DNA from: Malacoraja senta
Lineage: Eukaryota
Length of the DNA stretch: 64,000 bases
Reading direction: 5' to 3'
NCBI GenBank assembly: GCA_038087875.1
Contig: CM075991.1
Location: 11,162,001-11,226,000, forward strand
Under the pieces are notes generated by a model. It did not search any database and was not told the origin of the DNA. It saw only the letters and a program-made list of their open reading frames with translations. The translations under genes and the position numbers were made by a program. Below are positions 50,325 to 63,326 of the stretch, in pieces (the stretch's first letter is position 1; every line of letters starts with the position of its first letter).

Positions 50325-52046
50325 TAGAGTCTTTTCTTTGACTGGATAGCAAGCAACAAAAAGCTTTTAACTGTGACAATATAATAAACTAAACCTTATT
50401 GTACTTTGGTATCATTGATGCTGATTGGAGCAGGTACTGAACCTCATTTTCTGAAGATAGACAGAATGCTGGAGTAACTCTGGAGCATCTCTGGAGAGAA
50501 GGAATGGGTGGCGTTTTGGGTCAAGACCCTTCTTCAAACTAGTTTCCTGAAGTCAGTAACAAGTTTGCAGTTTACACCATTGTGTGCCAGATCATGAACA
50601 ATCCCATACATCTTAACCCTATGGATCAACCTACCATGGGGGACTTTATCAAACACACTACTACACTCCACGTATGCAACATCTACTATTCTACCCTCAT
50701 TGATTACCATTGGCAGCTCAAAAAACTCACATCTTTAAATAATGCAATGTGCAAACCTCTGATACAAAGTGATTGGAAATCACAGTCTATAAAGTACTTT
50801 AAGAATATAAATATGTCTATATAAATGTGTCTAACTCCACACTGCAGCAGTTAATTAAATCAACTATTATTGCTGAAATTATGATGTTCCAACAAGACAA
50901 AAAAAGCTTGGCAAAAAGTGTTACCATAATGCCTCATTTCTTATTGTAAATCATTTAAAGTTGAATAGATAGTTTAGGTCAAGCGGTGTAAAATTATTTC
51001 TCAAGGAAGTAGCAACTAATTATTTTTGTGGATCAGCACTGGCTCATAGTTCTCATTCCAGAGAAAACACCAGCCGACCCGTTGCAAATTATGCCCTATT
51101 TTGTGAAAAGTATTGCCGTCAGCTACAACAGACAAAACGTTGCGACTACCAGATAGTTGATTGCCTTTTCATTTACATCTCATTACATGCAATTCCTGAT
51201 CTGGGGCATATATGATCCTCACACCAGCAAAAAATCTACTGAGTTTTTTTATTTAATTGCTCGGTCCTCTGAATACAACAAAAAATGTATTAAAATTTAG
51301 TGCTGCACTGCCAACTTGAAGAGGAGTTTGCTAGCTTTCATCTAACTGAATGAAGATCATTTAAGTGTTGTAAATTGAACAAAACCAAACCAAGTTAACA
51401 ATTTATGCAAACAACCATGATAGTTTAATGCTTCGCAGGCCGGGTAGCATCTGTGGAGAGGGAACAAATTAATTTTGCAGTTTGGTTACCTTTCATTGGA
51501 ATTGGGGAAAAAGGTTAAATAAAACAGATGCAGTAAAAGTGCTGGTGGTGAGATGTGGTTACTCATTGGAAGAGACGATCAGTGTAAGGTGGCTATGAAC
51601 CAAAGGGGAAATGATAGAAGGCAAAATGTTGCTGGGAATGGGACAAGAAAATTACATACGATACAATAAAACTCAAGATAAATGAAACATGAAATTAAAG
51701 TGACGAGTGGAAAGTCCAGGATTGGGGATGTTCAGGTTGGGGGGGGGGGGGGGGGGGGGGAAGGAAGGAAGAGGGCAACAGAAGAGAAAATAAAAGAAAC
51801 AACCTAAAATTATTGAAGTCGGTGTTGAGTCAAAATTTGATTTTGATTTGAGCACTCGATGACAAACTATGTGTGGTCTCAGAACTGGATTGAGGTAGAG
51901 ATTTAATCTAAAAATCACCCGAGATCACCCGAATGCAGCACTTGCTCAGCCACCTACACCGGTTATGAGGAATACATCATAAAACCTCTACAGGTGTTAT
52001 TAGGACAGGCAGCGTAGAATAGGATTTGCATTTTAAGTTAATTTAC

Positions 52047-52105
52047 CTTCATGGACTTGTACAGCCTCTCAGCAAAGTAAGCAGGTTGGTTGTTCATGTT
52101 CTTAA
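52047..52105 (-). CDS. ANXA4: ANXA4 exon (VKNMNNQPAYFAERLYKSMK)
   Basis: AYFAERLYKSMK motif; cag/gtaaa boundaries; 59 nt, after an 81-nt intron. Confidence 0.93.
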
Positions 52106-52186
52106 CTGGAAGAGAGGATTAGAAGTTAAATATTCAGGAGGAAAGTTAGTGTTGGAAAGTGGATACAAAGATAGGACAGAGCTCAC

Positions 52187-52282
52187 CAATTGCCAATAAA
52201 GCATCTTCAAAGCTGCCAGACATCTCTCCCTTAATGCTGGCCTCAATGTCCTTCTTAGAAATCTTCTTATACTCTTCAAATA
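52187..52282 (-). CDS. ANXA4: ANXA4 exon (VFEEYKKISKKDIEASIKGEMSGSFEDALLAI)
   Basis: SGSFEDALLAI matches ANXA4; cag/gtgag boundaries; 96 nt. Confidence 0.93.
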
Positions 52283-53404
52283 CTGTTTGGGGGATTAAAA
52301 AAAAGTTGATAATGTGAGCAAAATTAATAGAATATTCCTAAAAGCCAAGCTTTGTCCTGTCCCCACCTCACTTCTTGCTTTCACTACAATCAATCTGAAG
52401 GGTCCCGACCCAAAAGATCACCTACCCATGTTCTCCAGAGATGCTGCCTGATCCGCTGAGTTACTCAGCAGTGTCATTTTTTATTTAGTTTATTATTATT
52501 GTCATGTGTACTGAGACAACTATGAGACGCTTGAACACTACACAACATAACCTCAATACCTGTGAACTTTTATGGACCGAAAGTAGACACAAAATGCCAG
52601 AGTAGCTCAGCGGGTCAGGCAGCATCTCCGGAGAGAAGGAATGGGTGATGTTTTGGGTAGAGACCCTTCTTCAGACTGATTGTAGTGAAAGCTAGAAGGG
52701 AGGTGGGAACAGGACAAATGCTTGGCATTTCGGACCGTTCTCTATGGACCGAATTCAGGTTGCCTTATGGATTTTGTTTTTTGCATTCTTATAGTTATAA
52801 AATTATTAGATTTTTAAAAAAAACCAACATATTATCTGTGTGTATGTGTTTCCAGGCCTGTTATGGTGCAGCAAGGAACAATTTCATTGTGTAGGAAGGA
52901 ATTGCAGATGCTGGTTTACACCAAAGATGGACACAAAATGCTGGAGGTCTGGCAGCATCTCTGGAGAAAAGGAATAGGTGATGTTTTGTGTCGAGACCCT
53001 TCTCCAGACTGGGAGTCAGGGGATAGGGAAACTAGTGGTATGAAAAGGTTCCGAATGAATCAGAGCCGGCACTGACCTTCACCAATTTCATTGTACAAAA
53101 CACAATTAAACACCGTTAACTTTAACTCTTAATATACTATTTGCTGTGAGCCTAGACATATATATACTCCATTCCAACTCATTAAGTTGTAATAGTTAGA
53201 CCATCAATTTTGTTGCCCATTTATACACTTTATTTTAAATGTTTCCAGCCATCATTTCATCTTATATATACACTTAAGTATCCAAAAGAAACTAGAAGTA
53301 TAAAAAAAAGTTACAAATGTACAAGGTGAAGTAGTGTGGGATACGCCTCGAGCACAAATGCCAGCATATGTTGGCTACTGTTGCTGCTTCAGCATTGAGT
53401 GTAA

Positions 53405-53926
53405 AGGCTCTGTCCCACGGGTTTGCGGTCATTGGCGGTGAAGCGCGGCGTCGCCGGAAGAGGGGACCGCACGTCAACCACGAGAGCGCTGCACGGATGT
53501 TGCGCGGGGGCCGAGTGATCTCCGTACGGCCGGTTCCACGAGCTTGCGGCGTCGGGTGATGACGACATCACGCAACGCGACGCGGGGGCTGTGGCGGCGG
53601 TAGTGGTGATCGCGGCGCTGTGGCGGCGGCCATGCCGCACACGTGCCTCACTGGCGGCGGCTGTGGCGGTGAAAGTTCGACTCACGGCGCTTGTGCCGCA
53701 CTGGCGGCGGCTGTGGCGGTGCCCGTGTCGCACTCGTGCCTCACTGGTGGCGGCTGTGCAGTAGGAAAATATTTTTCGACATTGTTGTTTTTTTGTGAGC
53801 ACCGTGCAGTGTTGGGACCAACGCCGCACGGCCCCGGCAGTGTGCGTTTGACCGAACCCGCGGTCCACGAGCGGTAGATACTTCCCGTTTCACAGCCAAT
53901 GACCGCAAACACGCGAGACAGGCCTT
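53405..53926. mobile_element. GC-rich PIF/Harbinger-like MITE with TAA TSD
   Basis: Imperfect ~32-40 bp TIRs (AGGCTCTGTCCCACGGGTTTGCGGTCATTGGC / GCCAATGACCGCAAACACGCGAGACAGGCCTT) flanked by TAA; internal GGCGGCGGCTGTGGCGG repeats. Confidence 0.75.
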
Positions 53927-54613
53927 TAAGTAGTTTTATTGTTATTCATTGTATTTGAAGTGCTGAACAGTCACTTAAAGATGTGAAAGTCAGCCTTTCA
54001 GCAGAAGGCATAGAAAATGATACATTTCCTTCTGACAGCACAGACATTATCTAAACAAAAGATCAAATCAGTATTGCTGGGGATGCCAAGGTTAACTTAC
54101 AGCAGTTCATTTCACACCAGCCTAACTGGTTGCTCCATTGGATGACGAGGTCTATGCACTAGTTATACAGCGTGGAAACGGGCCCTTCGGCCCAACTTGC
54201 CCACACTGACCAACACGTCCCATCTACATTAGTCCCACCTGCCTGCGTTTGGTCCATATCCCTCTAAACCTATCCTATCCATGTACCTGTCTGAATGTTT
54301 TGTAAACATTGCGATAGAACCTGCCTCAACTACCTATTCCAGATGCTTGCTCCATACACCCACCGCCTTGTGTAAAAAAAGTTACCCCTCATTTTCTATT
54401 GAATCTTATCCATGGGGTGTTGACCCCAATTTGTGATCATTTGTCTGGAGTGGGTTGACTGTATAACTCGTCTTTTTGATGCACACAGCAAGTATCTAGT
54501 TTTCTGAATTGCAGAATTGACTGTGAAGCTTAAAAAGTGATATTCTCTCGACAAAATACCCAAATGGAAGGCGAAACTGCCAGTGTTCATTGCTTGGATC
54601 AGAGAACTCTTAC

Positions 54614-54707
54614 CTCTCTTCAAATGCTGTCGGTTCCTGATACAGAGAATGCCCAAGAATGCAACTTCATCTGTCCCCCATTGTTTCTCGCCAGCATCAT
54701 ACAATGT
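54614..54707 (-). CDS. ANXA4: ANXA4 exon (TLYDAGEKQWGTDEVAFLGILCIRNRQHLKR), repeat 3
   Basis: AGEKxWGTDE motif; tag/gtaag boundaries; 94 nt. Confidence 0.93.
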
Positions 54708-55086
54708 CTAGAACACAAGAGTAAGACAGAACATGATAGTTAAAAACATTTGGAAATAGTTTTCAGCAGATACCGACTGACTGCGGACAACATCCAAAGT
54801 CAGAAAGCAACAGATTGGACCCTTGCGAATCAGTTCAAAATTTGTGCATGATAATCACACTGAATCCCCTACTTTCAGATGTCTGAATTAACAATACAGC
54901 CCGACTGTCTCAGCCTGTAGCTGGCAAGATACTTTGCATATTAAAAATTTGACAGCATGATTTAGTGAAACTGCTGCAGTGCAAGGAACATGCCCGAATG
55001 ATAATGGCAATTGCCTGCACTGGAAAACTGTATTAAAGCTTCTAAAGGAGCAAGAGGAAATAATGAAGGATCTGACCATTTTCCAA

Positions 55087-56206
55087 GGTACACAAAAGTG
55101 CCGGAGAAACTCAGCGGGTGCAGCAGCATCTATAGGGGGGTTGCACGCAAGGTCACCGGGTCATAGGGCTTGACGCACGGAGCCGCTCAATCCATCTGGA
55201 AGACATCCGTCACTTCCGGTATATGTTATTAATACAAGAAACGCGTACTTTCCTACCTGTTAAAAACCGCCAAAATGTTGAATTTTTTCGCTGTAAAAGA
55301 TTGTGGAAGTCGGGGTAAGTGTGAGAGACATGTACCCAACTTCAGAATTCCAAAAGTGAAGCGAAATGAAGGTAAAGAGAAGCGAGAGCTGAAGGGACAA
55401 CAACAGCTAAAGTGCTTGGTGAACATTGGCCGTGCAGATATCGGAATTGAAAATATCGGGATTTATCGCGTTTGTTCGCTGCATTTCATTAACGGTATGG
55501 CATTATTTGTTTTTGTTTTTATTTCTTTGGTATCTAAAAAGTCTCAGAAGTGGTAAATCTGGTTGTAAATTTTGTATGTAAAAACCCACGAGAACCAGGG
55601 GCGATTTTAAAATTTTACAGCCAGATTTATCCCTTCTGAAACATTTTAGATGCCAAAGGAATCAAGAAAAAACACAAATAATGCCTTGGTTGATGAAATG
55701 CAGTGAGCAAACGGCCAATGTTCGCCAAGCACTCTGGCTGTTGTTGTTCCTTTCAGCTCTCGCTTCAATCTACCTTCATTTCTCCTCACTTTTTGAATTC
55801 TGAAGTTGGCTAAATGTCTCTCACGCTTATCCCGATTTCCATAATTATTTACAGCGCAAAAATTGACCATTTCGGCGGGTTTTAACGGGCCCGCTACGCA
55901 GGAAACAATGGTAAGTGCCTGCCTGCAGTTCATCGCGTGTAATCCATTTGGCGTAGCGTAGCAACAGTACGGGTCATGGGGTCGTGACCCGACTGCCGTG
56001 AAACCTCCCCATGGAGCGAAGGAGATAGGCAACGTTTTGGGCCGAAACCCTTCTTCAGACTGATAGGGGGTGGGGGGAGGCGGGGAGAAGAAAGGAAAAA
56101 GGAGGAGGAGCCCGAGGGCCGAGTGAGAGGTAGGAAGGGGAGGAGACAGCAAGAGTTAACGGAATTGTGAGAATTCAATGTTCATGCCACCAAAATTCAA
56201 TGTTCA
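55087..56206 (-). mobile_element. PLE 3' fragment with 14-bp TSD, split by the THAP element 55134-56010
   Basis: TGACCATTTTCCAA at 55073-55086 and 56207-56220; sequence matches the 3' end of the 61315 element. Confidence 0.8.
55134..56010. mobile_element. Second copy of the THAP double-arm element, opposite orientation, AT TSD
   Basis: Inserted into CATCT-AT-GGAGCG, duplicating AT; THAP ORFs at 55275..55556(+) and within 55646..56152(-). Confidence 0.8.
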
Positions 56207-58109
56207 TGACCATTTTCCAATCCACTTTGGCAAGGTATCAGGTTAGGAAGACAGCAGATATATTATTGCTGTTTAGAAACAAATTGATAGCACTGGAACA
56301 TCGGTGCTGGGGAAAAAATATTTTTAGTTTAGTTTATTATTGTTATGTGTCACAAGGTACAGTAAAAAGCTTTGTTGTGTGTTATTCAGTCAGCGAAAAG
56401 ATTACAATCAATTGTGATTACAATCAGACCGTCCACAGTGTACAAATACAGGATAAAGGGAATAATGTTTAAATCAAGATAAAGTCCAATAAAGTTTGAT
56501 TAAAGATAGAAAGTGTGTCTCCATTGAGGTAGATGACAGGTAAGGACCGCTCTCTAGTTGGTGAAAAAAAGCGTTCAGTTGCTCGATAACAGTTGGGAAG
56601 GAACTGTCCCTCAATCTGTATACGCATTTTTACACTTCTGTACCTCTTGCCTTATGGAAGAGGGGAGAAGAGCGAGTGACCAGTGAGACTCGTCCTTGAT
56701 TATGCTGGTGGCCTTGCAAAGGCAGCGTGAAGTGTAGATGCAGCCAGAAGAAGAGAGGTTGGTTTGTGTCTGGGCTATGTCTACAACTCTGCAATTTCTT
56801 GAGTCTTGGATGGAGCTGTTCACAAACCATGCTGTGATGCATCCCAATAAAATGCATGCCAAATAGAAAGTAGAGACATTGGTGTGCTTCCTTGGCCAAT
56901 GCTTCGATATGACTGGTCCAGGACAAGTTGCTGGTGATATTTACTCCTAAGAACTTGAACCTTTCAACCTCTGTGAATTTGTAAATGGATTTGAATTTGT
57001 ATTTGGCTACAGTCGTGGGTGTATAAGGATCAAAGAAGGGGGCTGAGACTGCATCCTTGCGGGACACCATTATTCTAGGATTATAGCGGAGGAGAAAATT
57101 CAAATGAATACAATTCAAACAACGATGGTCATTATTCATTTGGCATGGAATGGTTCGATAAAATTGACATTGAGGGCAATGAAGATAGCATTTAACACAC
57201 TCTGCACAAATATTATCAATGCATTTAACAAAATATTCAATATGGCAAACTTCTCAGTGAAATTAACTTCCCCAGAATTGAAAGGAAAGTGGCTACACCC
57301 CTGCATATGTGACAATAAACTAATCTGTACTCGGTCTTTATTTATTTTCCTAGTCTTGCACTGCAGCTAAATCTTCAGTGAGCAGCTGTTTCTCACACCC
57401 AAGGGAGTTTAGTGGAGTAGTTGAAATTTCTCCTGTACGCTGATTAAATCTGGAGCAGGGAGGGGTCACAGCAAATGGAAAACAGGAGATCTATGTGGGA
57501 CCGGAATCATTGAATCCTCACATGACTGGTGTAACAGGAAGAGGGTTCGACCATGTGAAGAAAGAACAATGCTCAGTCAAAACGTTTGCTGAAATGAGTG
57601 AAACAGAGGCAGCAGCGTCAGTCTCTTGCGTTTCCAGAGTCACATTTATTGGACTCAAAATTAACAGGATTTAAACCAGTGAGTGCCATGTATCTGATAC
57701 AAGCAGAAATTAAATCTCCTACCTTTAGAACTTATGACTGAGCAGTCATACAACATGGAACAGGCCATTCACCCCATGTCAATGCCGACCGGTGAGGACA
57801 CATCCATATTAAGCATGTCATCTAGCACGTGGCACATTGTCTTCTATGCTTAGGCAATTCAAGTGGTCGACTAAACATTTCTTAAACGCTGTCAATGACT
57901 TTGCTTCTCCCACCTTCTCAGGTGGTGTATTCGAAGTACTCGCCACTCTCTGGGTCGAAAAAGTCCCCCTCATATACACTCAACCTTGAATGTTGACCAA
58001 ATCAGTGGCCGGGAAGTGCACTGAAAGCTCTAGATACTCCAGACTCTTGCATGAGTTCTGGACCTATGTGAGGGGTACCAATGACTAACTCATTATCAAT
58101 TAGTCTGAC

Positions 58110-58166
58110 CTGAGCATCCTTCTTGGCTTGCTGCTCATCTACGTGATTTCCTTCATCTCTGTTTCC
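58110..58166 (-). CDS. ANXA4: ANXA4 exon (GNRDEGNHVDEQQAKKDAQ)
   Basis: Visible in ORF 58002..58190; cag/gtcag boundaries; 57 nt. Confidence 0.92.
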
Positions 58167-59450
58167 CTGTAAGAATAAGCAAACATACATTTAAAGGAAA
58201 TATTTTGTTAAAACAAGGAAGACCCATTTGAGGAAAGAGACATATGGGTGACACACAGCTGAGTTTGAGGGTAGTAGATGTTCCTGGTTCTATTCATGTG
58301 CCAATCCTTAACTGAGTATAGCAAAGCTTGAACATAACCCAAGAACATCACTCTGCTGCAGTAACAAAGGTCACGACAAGCAAGGGGATGCCATGGTGTC
58401 ACTGTTTCCAAAATGAATAAACTAGAGTACCACTCAAGTCAGCAATCTATAAAGGGGAGATTTGCAAGTTAGAGGCAATGGAAGACTCACCAAACCTCAG
58501 TAGTTTCAGGACAGACTGGTTCTCAAACCAGAGTTTGACACAATGAGCATTGATTAATGAAGCTGTTGGTCAAATCCCCCCTCCCCAAAATAGATGGGAA
58601 GCATGTTTAACCAAGTCAGAAAGTTTGGAAGATCTGGCCTTGTATTGTTTAACTTCCCCCTCAGCAGCCGCTAGATGCAACTGGGCTAGATGCAACTGGG
58701 TTTTATGCACCCTCAATGTCCATCTAAAATGGAAGAAAAACAAGTACTGGAAATCAGATATAAAATGCTAATGACACAGTGGGTCAGATTCTGTGAAAAG
58801 AGAAATAGTTAATTTTGATCTAAAAAGGCAACTCTGCTCGTTCCACAGATGATGTCTAATTTATAAAGCATTTCTAGCTATTCTCCTGTTTCTACCCCAT
58901 GTTTAATCACCAGGGAGATTTAAAACCTGCAAGGAGATAATCAAATAGAAGAAATATAAATGAGATGGGAATCAAGAATTTAGAAAATAATTAACTTCTT
59001 TGATTGGGCAAACAATGCAGATTCTAAATGTGAAAAGGGAGATTTTCAACCCAGATCAGAGTGTTGAGGATGGTCTGAAAAAGTATCTTGATGCGAAACA
59101 TCACCTATTCATGTTCTCCAGAGATGCGGAGTTACTCCAGCACTTACTTCATTATTCCAGTACCTGCCGAGTTACTCCAACACTCAGAGATGTTGAGGTG
59201 AATGAGAGAAAAAAATTGCAATCTCTCATACGCTGATATGAACCTTCAATCATGCTTTCTTGACAACTTGTTAAAATCAGAGTTGACAGATTTAAGCCTT
59301 CACTGGATACTGAAAGTATTCTTTGTCACATTGTCAACAATTTCTGATTGTTGTATTCAACCCCACAGTGAGAACAGAAGCAGCTATCCTGTCCCAGCAG
59401 GGAGATGTGCTGGTAATGGTCACAGCTAAGCCAGAGGGCCTCTTCCTTAC

Positions 59451-59530
59451 CGTAGCTAGAGACACGAGCACTCTTTGGAACATGTTAGAAGTGTCTCCGC
59501 AGATATCATCCTCCAGACTCTTGCCAAACT
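59451..59530 (-). CDS. ANXA4: ANXA4 exon (EFGKSLEDDICGDTSNMFQRVLVSLAT)
   Basis: SLEDDI..DTS.MFQRVLVSL matches ANXA4; tag/gtaag boundaries; 80 nt. Confidence 0.92.
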
Positions 59531-61412
59531 CTAAAAATAAGATTCAAATCATTAACTAATTAAAAATAGACACCAAAGAAAGCAAAGCCCAAAGACTCGA
59601 TATCTCAAGAGAGATAGAACCATTGTTCAGGCCAATCTAACACATACTGAATCAAGCCTTTAAATTTTTTAATTCAAGTATTCAAATTCTTCTATGGCCC
59701 TCTTTAAGGTCACTAGGATTCTTTGGAAAAGGTGCATAAGAGGTTTACCAAAAAATGCCTGAATTAGAGGGTGTTAACTACAGAGAGATGGTGGACATAC
59801 ATCTCCCTGTAACATTTTCTCTGAAATGCCAGATGTCATGGGGAGACCTGGTAGAAGTATATAAAATGAGGCATTGATAGGGTAGACAGTCACAACCTTT
59901 TTCCCAGGATGTAAATGCTTAAATTCTAGTGGGCATATCATCAAGGCGAGAGGGCCAAACTTTAAAGGAGACGTGCGGGTCAAGTTCTAAACATTTATAC
60001 AGAGGGTGGCGAGTGCCTGGAAAGTGCTGCCAAATATCATAGTGGCATTTAAGAGACTTTTGGAAGGAAAATGGATTGGACGGAAATGCTTGTACATGGA
60101 AGGAAGTGCTCCCAGATACGAGTTGGTATTGGCACAGTGTTCGGCACAGACATGGAATGAAGGGCCCGTTCTTGTGCTGCACTGTTCTATGTTCCAAGAT
60201 TAGGTTTATACTGCTAACCACCAGCTCTCAATACGACTTCTTGCGAAAATGGAGGGAGAACATAATACAGTCAGATATTCAAGCACCCAAAACTGAAAGT
60301 GATGGCCCCTGCTGTAACGCCTACTGCAAGGCAGGAGAGGCAACTGAGAGAGAATAGGTAGGTGGTGGAATGGGAAAGGAAAAGCAGATATAGTGATAGC
60401 CTAGTGTTTTCCAGGCAGAGAATATAGACGTGTTTCCTTTGATTGGTGGCTGGGACCCTGACCTGCTGTAAACCTGTCAACTTGGAGAGGCATTTCCTTT
60501 GTGAACTTGCTCTTTCTCTATTCTTGTCTCTGCCCTTTTCAAAGGCATGTTCTGTTTGCATTATTAAACAAGTATTGATATAATTTGTTTCCTAATGCAA
60601 TTAAAAAAACTCTAATTCTTCTGTTAACTATCAGTCTGAAGGAGGATCTGTCTAAAACGTAACATATTCCTTTTCTCCAGAGATGCTGCCTGACCCCTGC
60701 AGAACATCAAACAATATGGAGATTGTTCTACCAAAGAAGGGGCTTTGTTTCACCGTATCAAGTTTCAGCCGAGAACGCAGAGCAGAAAGGAGGAGGAATG
60801 CGGGCAATTTGTAAACCAGCTGTCAAAGCAAAGGCGAATTTGTCTCAACAGAGACTGGAGCTGAATGGATGAGGAGTGTGGGAGAGATGAAAAACAGCAA
60901 TTAGTTTTCATAAAAGTATATATACCCTGCATGATACATGTCCTACATGATGTGAAGTGCTCGACTGAAGGCAAGTGCCGAGGCATGGGCTATGGAGGCT
61001 TTGGTGAAGAAACTGAACAAAGTGTGACAGAAAGAGAGGGCAAGGTCTTTTTAAACTTTCATCTTGGTGCAGTCGGGATTGCAGTTAGGGCAGTGGTGTG
61101 CCCCTCATACAGCATGTGGGAGACCCAGGAATTTTCCAGTGTTACTGGTGACTATATGACTTGGAAACATGTCCACCTGCAGCTCCTGACGGACCACTCA
61201 AAGGACCACTCTGGGATGATTGAACATCATAGATAGGGTTTTAGCGTGGATCACACCTTAAGTGCAGGCAGAAAGTAGATGTAATTAGGGCCATAGGGAA
61301 ATCTTTAATGTTAAAGAAGGAACTGCAGATGCTGGAAAATCGAAGGTACACAAAAATGCTGGAGAAACTCAGCGGGTGCAGCAGCATCTATGGAGCGAAG
61401 GAAATAGGTAAC

Positions 61413-61440
61413 GTTTCGGGCCGAAACCCTTCTTCAGACT
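61413..61440 (-). ncRNA. Hammerhead core in the PLE 3' pseudo-LTR
   Basis: CUGAAGAAGGGUUUCGGCCCGAAAC followed by GUUACC; PLEs are known to carry minimal hammerheads with a palindromic stem III. Confidence 0.55.
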
Positions 61441-61553
61441 GATAGGGGGTGGGGAGAAGAAAGGAAAAAAGGAAAAGGAGGAGGAGGAGCCCGAGGGTTG
61501 GGGGAGGGGAGGAGACAACCAGATGGCTGATGAAGGGGAGGGGACAGCCAGGG

Positions 61554-63326
61554 CTAGCAGAATTGGGAGAATTCAACGTTCAGGCCACCAGGGTGTAGAC
61601 TGCCCAAGCGGAATATGAGGTGCATTTCCTCCAATTTACGGTGTTGCTCGCTGTGGCCATGGAGGAGACCCAGGACAGAGAGGTCAGATACGGAATGGGA
61701 GGGGGAGTTGAAGTGCTGAGCCACCGGGAGTTCAGGTTGGTTATTGCGGACCGACCGGAGGTGTTCGGCGAAACGATCGCCAAGCCTCCGCTTGGTCTCA
61801 CCGATGTAGATCAGCTGGCATCTAGAGCAGCGAATGCAATAGATGAGGTTGGAGGAGATGCAGGTGAACCTCTGTCGCACCTGGAACGACTGCTTGGGTC
61901 CTGGAATGGAGTGGAGGGGGGAAGTGAAGGGACAAGTGTTGCATCTCTTGCGGTTGCAAGGGAAAGTACCAGGGGAGGGGGTGGTATGGGAGGGAAGGGA
62001 AGAATTGACAAGGGAGTTACGGAGGGAGCGGTCTTTGCGGAAGGCAGACATAGGGGGAGATGGGAAGATGTGGCGAGTGGTGGGGTCACGTTGGAGGTGG
62101 CGAAACTGACGGAGGATCACTTGTTGTATGTGACGGCTGGTGGGGTGAAAGGTGAGGACTAGGGGGACTCTGCCTTTGTTGTGAGTGGGGGGATGGGGAG
62201 AGAGAGCAGTGTTGCGGGGTATGGCAGAGACCCTGGTGCGAGCCTCATCTATGGTGGAGGAGGGGAACCCCCGTTCCCTGAAGAATGAGGACATTTCAGA
62301 TGCCCTGGTGTGGAACGCCTCATCCTGGGAGCAGATGCGGCGTAGACGGAGGAATTGGGAGTGGGGGATGGAGTCCTTACAGGAAGCAGGGTGGGAAGAA
62401 GTGTAGTCCAGATAGCCATGGGAGTCGGTAGGTTTGTAGTGGATGTCGGTAAGGAGTCTATCACCTGCGATGGAGATAGTGAGGTCAAGGAATGGTAGGG
62501 AAGTGTCGGAAATGGTCCAGGTGTATTTAAGTGCCGGATGGAAGTTGGTGGTGAAGCGGATGAAGTCAGTCAGTTGTGTGTGGGTGCAGGATGTGGCACC
62601 AAAACAATCATCGATGTAGCGGAGGTAGAGGTCGGGGATGGGGCCCTGGTACGCATTGAACAGGGATTGTTCTACGTACCCGACAAAGAGGCAGGCGTAG
62701 CTGGGGCCCATGCGTGTGCCCATAGCTACGCCTTGTATTTGGAGGAAATGGGAGGAGTCGAATGAAAAGTTATTAAGTGTAAGTACCAGCTCCGCTAGGC
62801 GGAGGAGGGTGTCAGTGGCCGGGTATAGATTGCTTCTCCGGTCGAGGAAAAAACGGAGGGCTTTGAGACCATCCTGGTGGGGGATGGAGGTGTACAGTGA
62901 CTGGACGTCCATGGTGAAGATGAGGGGGTGAGGGCCTAGAGAGTGGAATGCGCGGAGATGACGGAGAGTGTCTGAGGTGTCTTGAACATAGGTGGGGAGG
63001 GATTTAACCAAGGGGGATAGTATGGAGTCGAGGTAGGTGGAGATGAGTTCGGTGGGGCAAGAACAGGCAGAGACAATGGGTCTACCGGGACAGTCAGGTT
63101 TGTGGATTTTGGGGAGAAGGTAAAAGCGGGCTGTGCGGGGCTGGGGAACGATGAGGTTGGAGGCTCGTTCGGGCAGGGCGTGGGAGTGGATGAAGTTGGT
63201 GATGGTGCTGGAGATGGTGGCCTGGTGCTCGTCAGTGGGGTCATGGTCCAGGGGTAAGTAGGAAGAGGTGTCCGAGAGTTGGCGCGTGGCCTCAGCTTTG
63301 TAGAGGTCGACGCGCCAGACTACCAC
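61554..63326 (-). CDS. PLE reverse transcriptase + GIY-YIG endonuclease (N-terminally truncated)
   Basis: 590 open codons with DVQSLYTSI, GVAMGTRMGPSYA, RYIDD, a CNRKRCNTC Zn-linker and LIY...YIGETKR..RFAEH; the frame continues upstream to KPADKGGAV (DKG motif). Confidence 0.92.
   Translation of the reverse strand: MVVWRVDLYKAEATRQLSDTSSYLPLDHDPTDEHQATISSTITNFIHSHALPERASNLIVPQPRTARFYLLPKIHKPDCPGRPIVSACSCPTELISTYLDSILSPLVKSLPTYVQDTSDTLRHLRAFHSLGPHPLIFTMDVQSLYTSIPHQDGLKALRFFLDRRSNLYPATDTLLRLAELVLTLNNFSFDSSHFLQIQGVAMGTRMGPSYACLFVGYVEQSLFNAYQGPIPDLYLRYIDDCFGATSCTHTQLTDFIRFTTNFHPALKYTWTISDTSLPFLDLTISIAGDRLLTDIHYKPTDSHGYLDYTSSHPASCKDSIPHSQFLRLRRICSQDEAFHTRASEMSSFFRERGFPSSTIDEARTRVSAIPRNTALSPHPPTHNKGRVPLVLTFHPTSRHIQQVILRQFRHLQRDPTTRHIFPSPPMSAFRKDRSLRNSLVNSSLPSHTTPSPGTFPCNRKRCNTCPFTSPLHSIPGPKQSFQVRQRFTCISSNLIYCIRCSRCQLIYIGETKRRLGDRFAEHLRSVRNNQPELPVAQHFNSPSHSVSDLSVLGLLHGHSEQHRKLEEMHLIFRLGSLHPGGLNVEFSQFC

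Noticed and set aside
51739..51760. Long poly-G/C tracts (also ~4621, 10908, 30235, 41309, 47880) as G-quadruplex elements
   Set aside because: Several lie in or beside repeat remnants, and homopolymer length is unreliable in assemblies.
53389..53868. 159-aa Ala/Arg-rich ORF
   Set aside because: Low-complexity product of the GC-rich MITE repeats.
61085..61200. Cys-containing segment in ORF 60865..61236
   Set aside because: Resembles a decayed CR1 ORF1 N-terminus rather than a host exon.
61620..62162. 180-aa plus-strand ORF (and its twin at 43053..43595)
   Set aside because: Antisense shadow of the PLE ORF, with no independent protein features.
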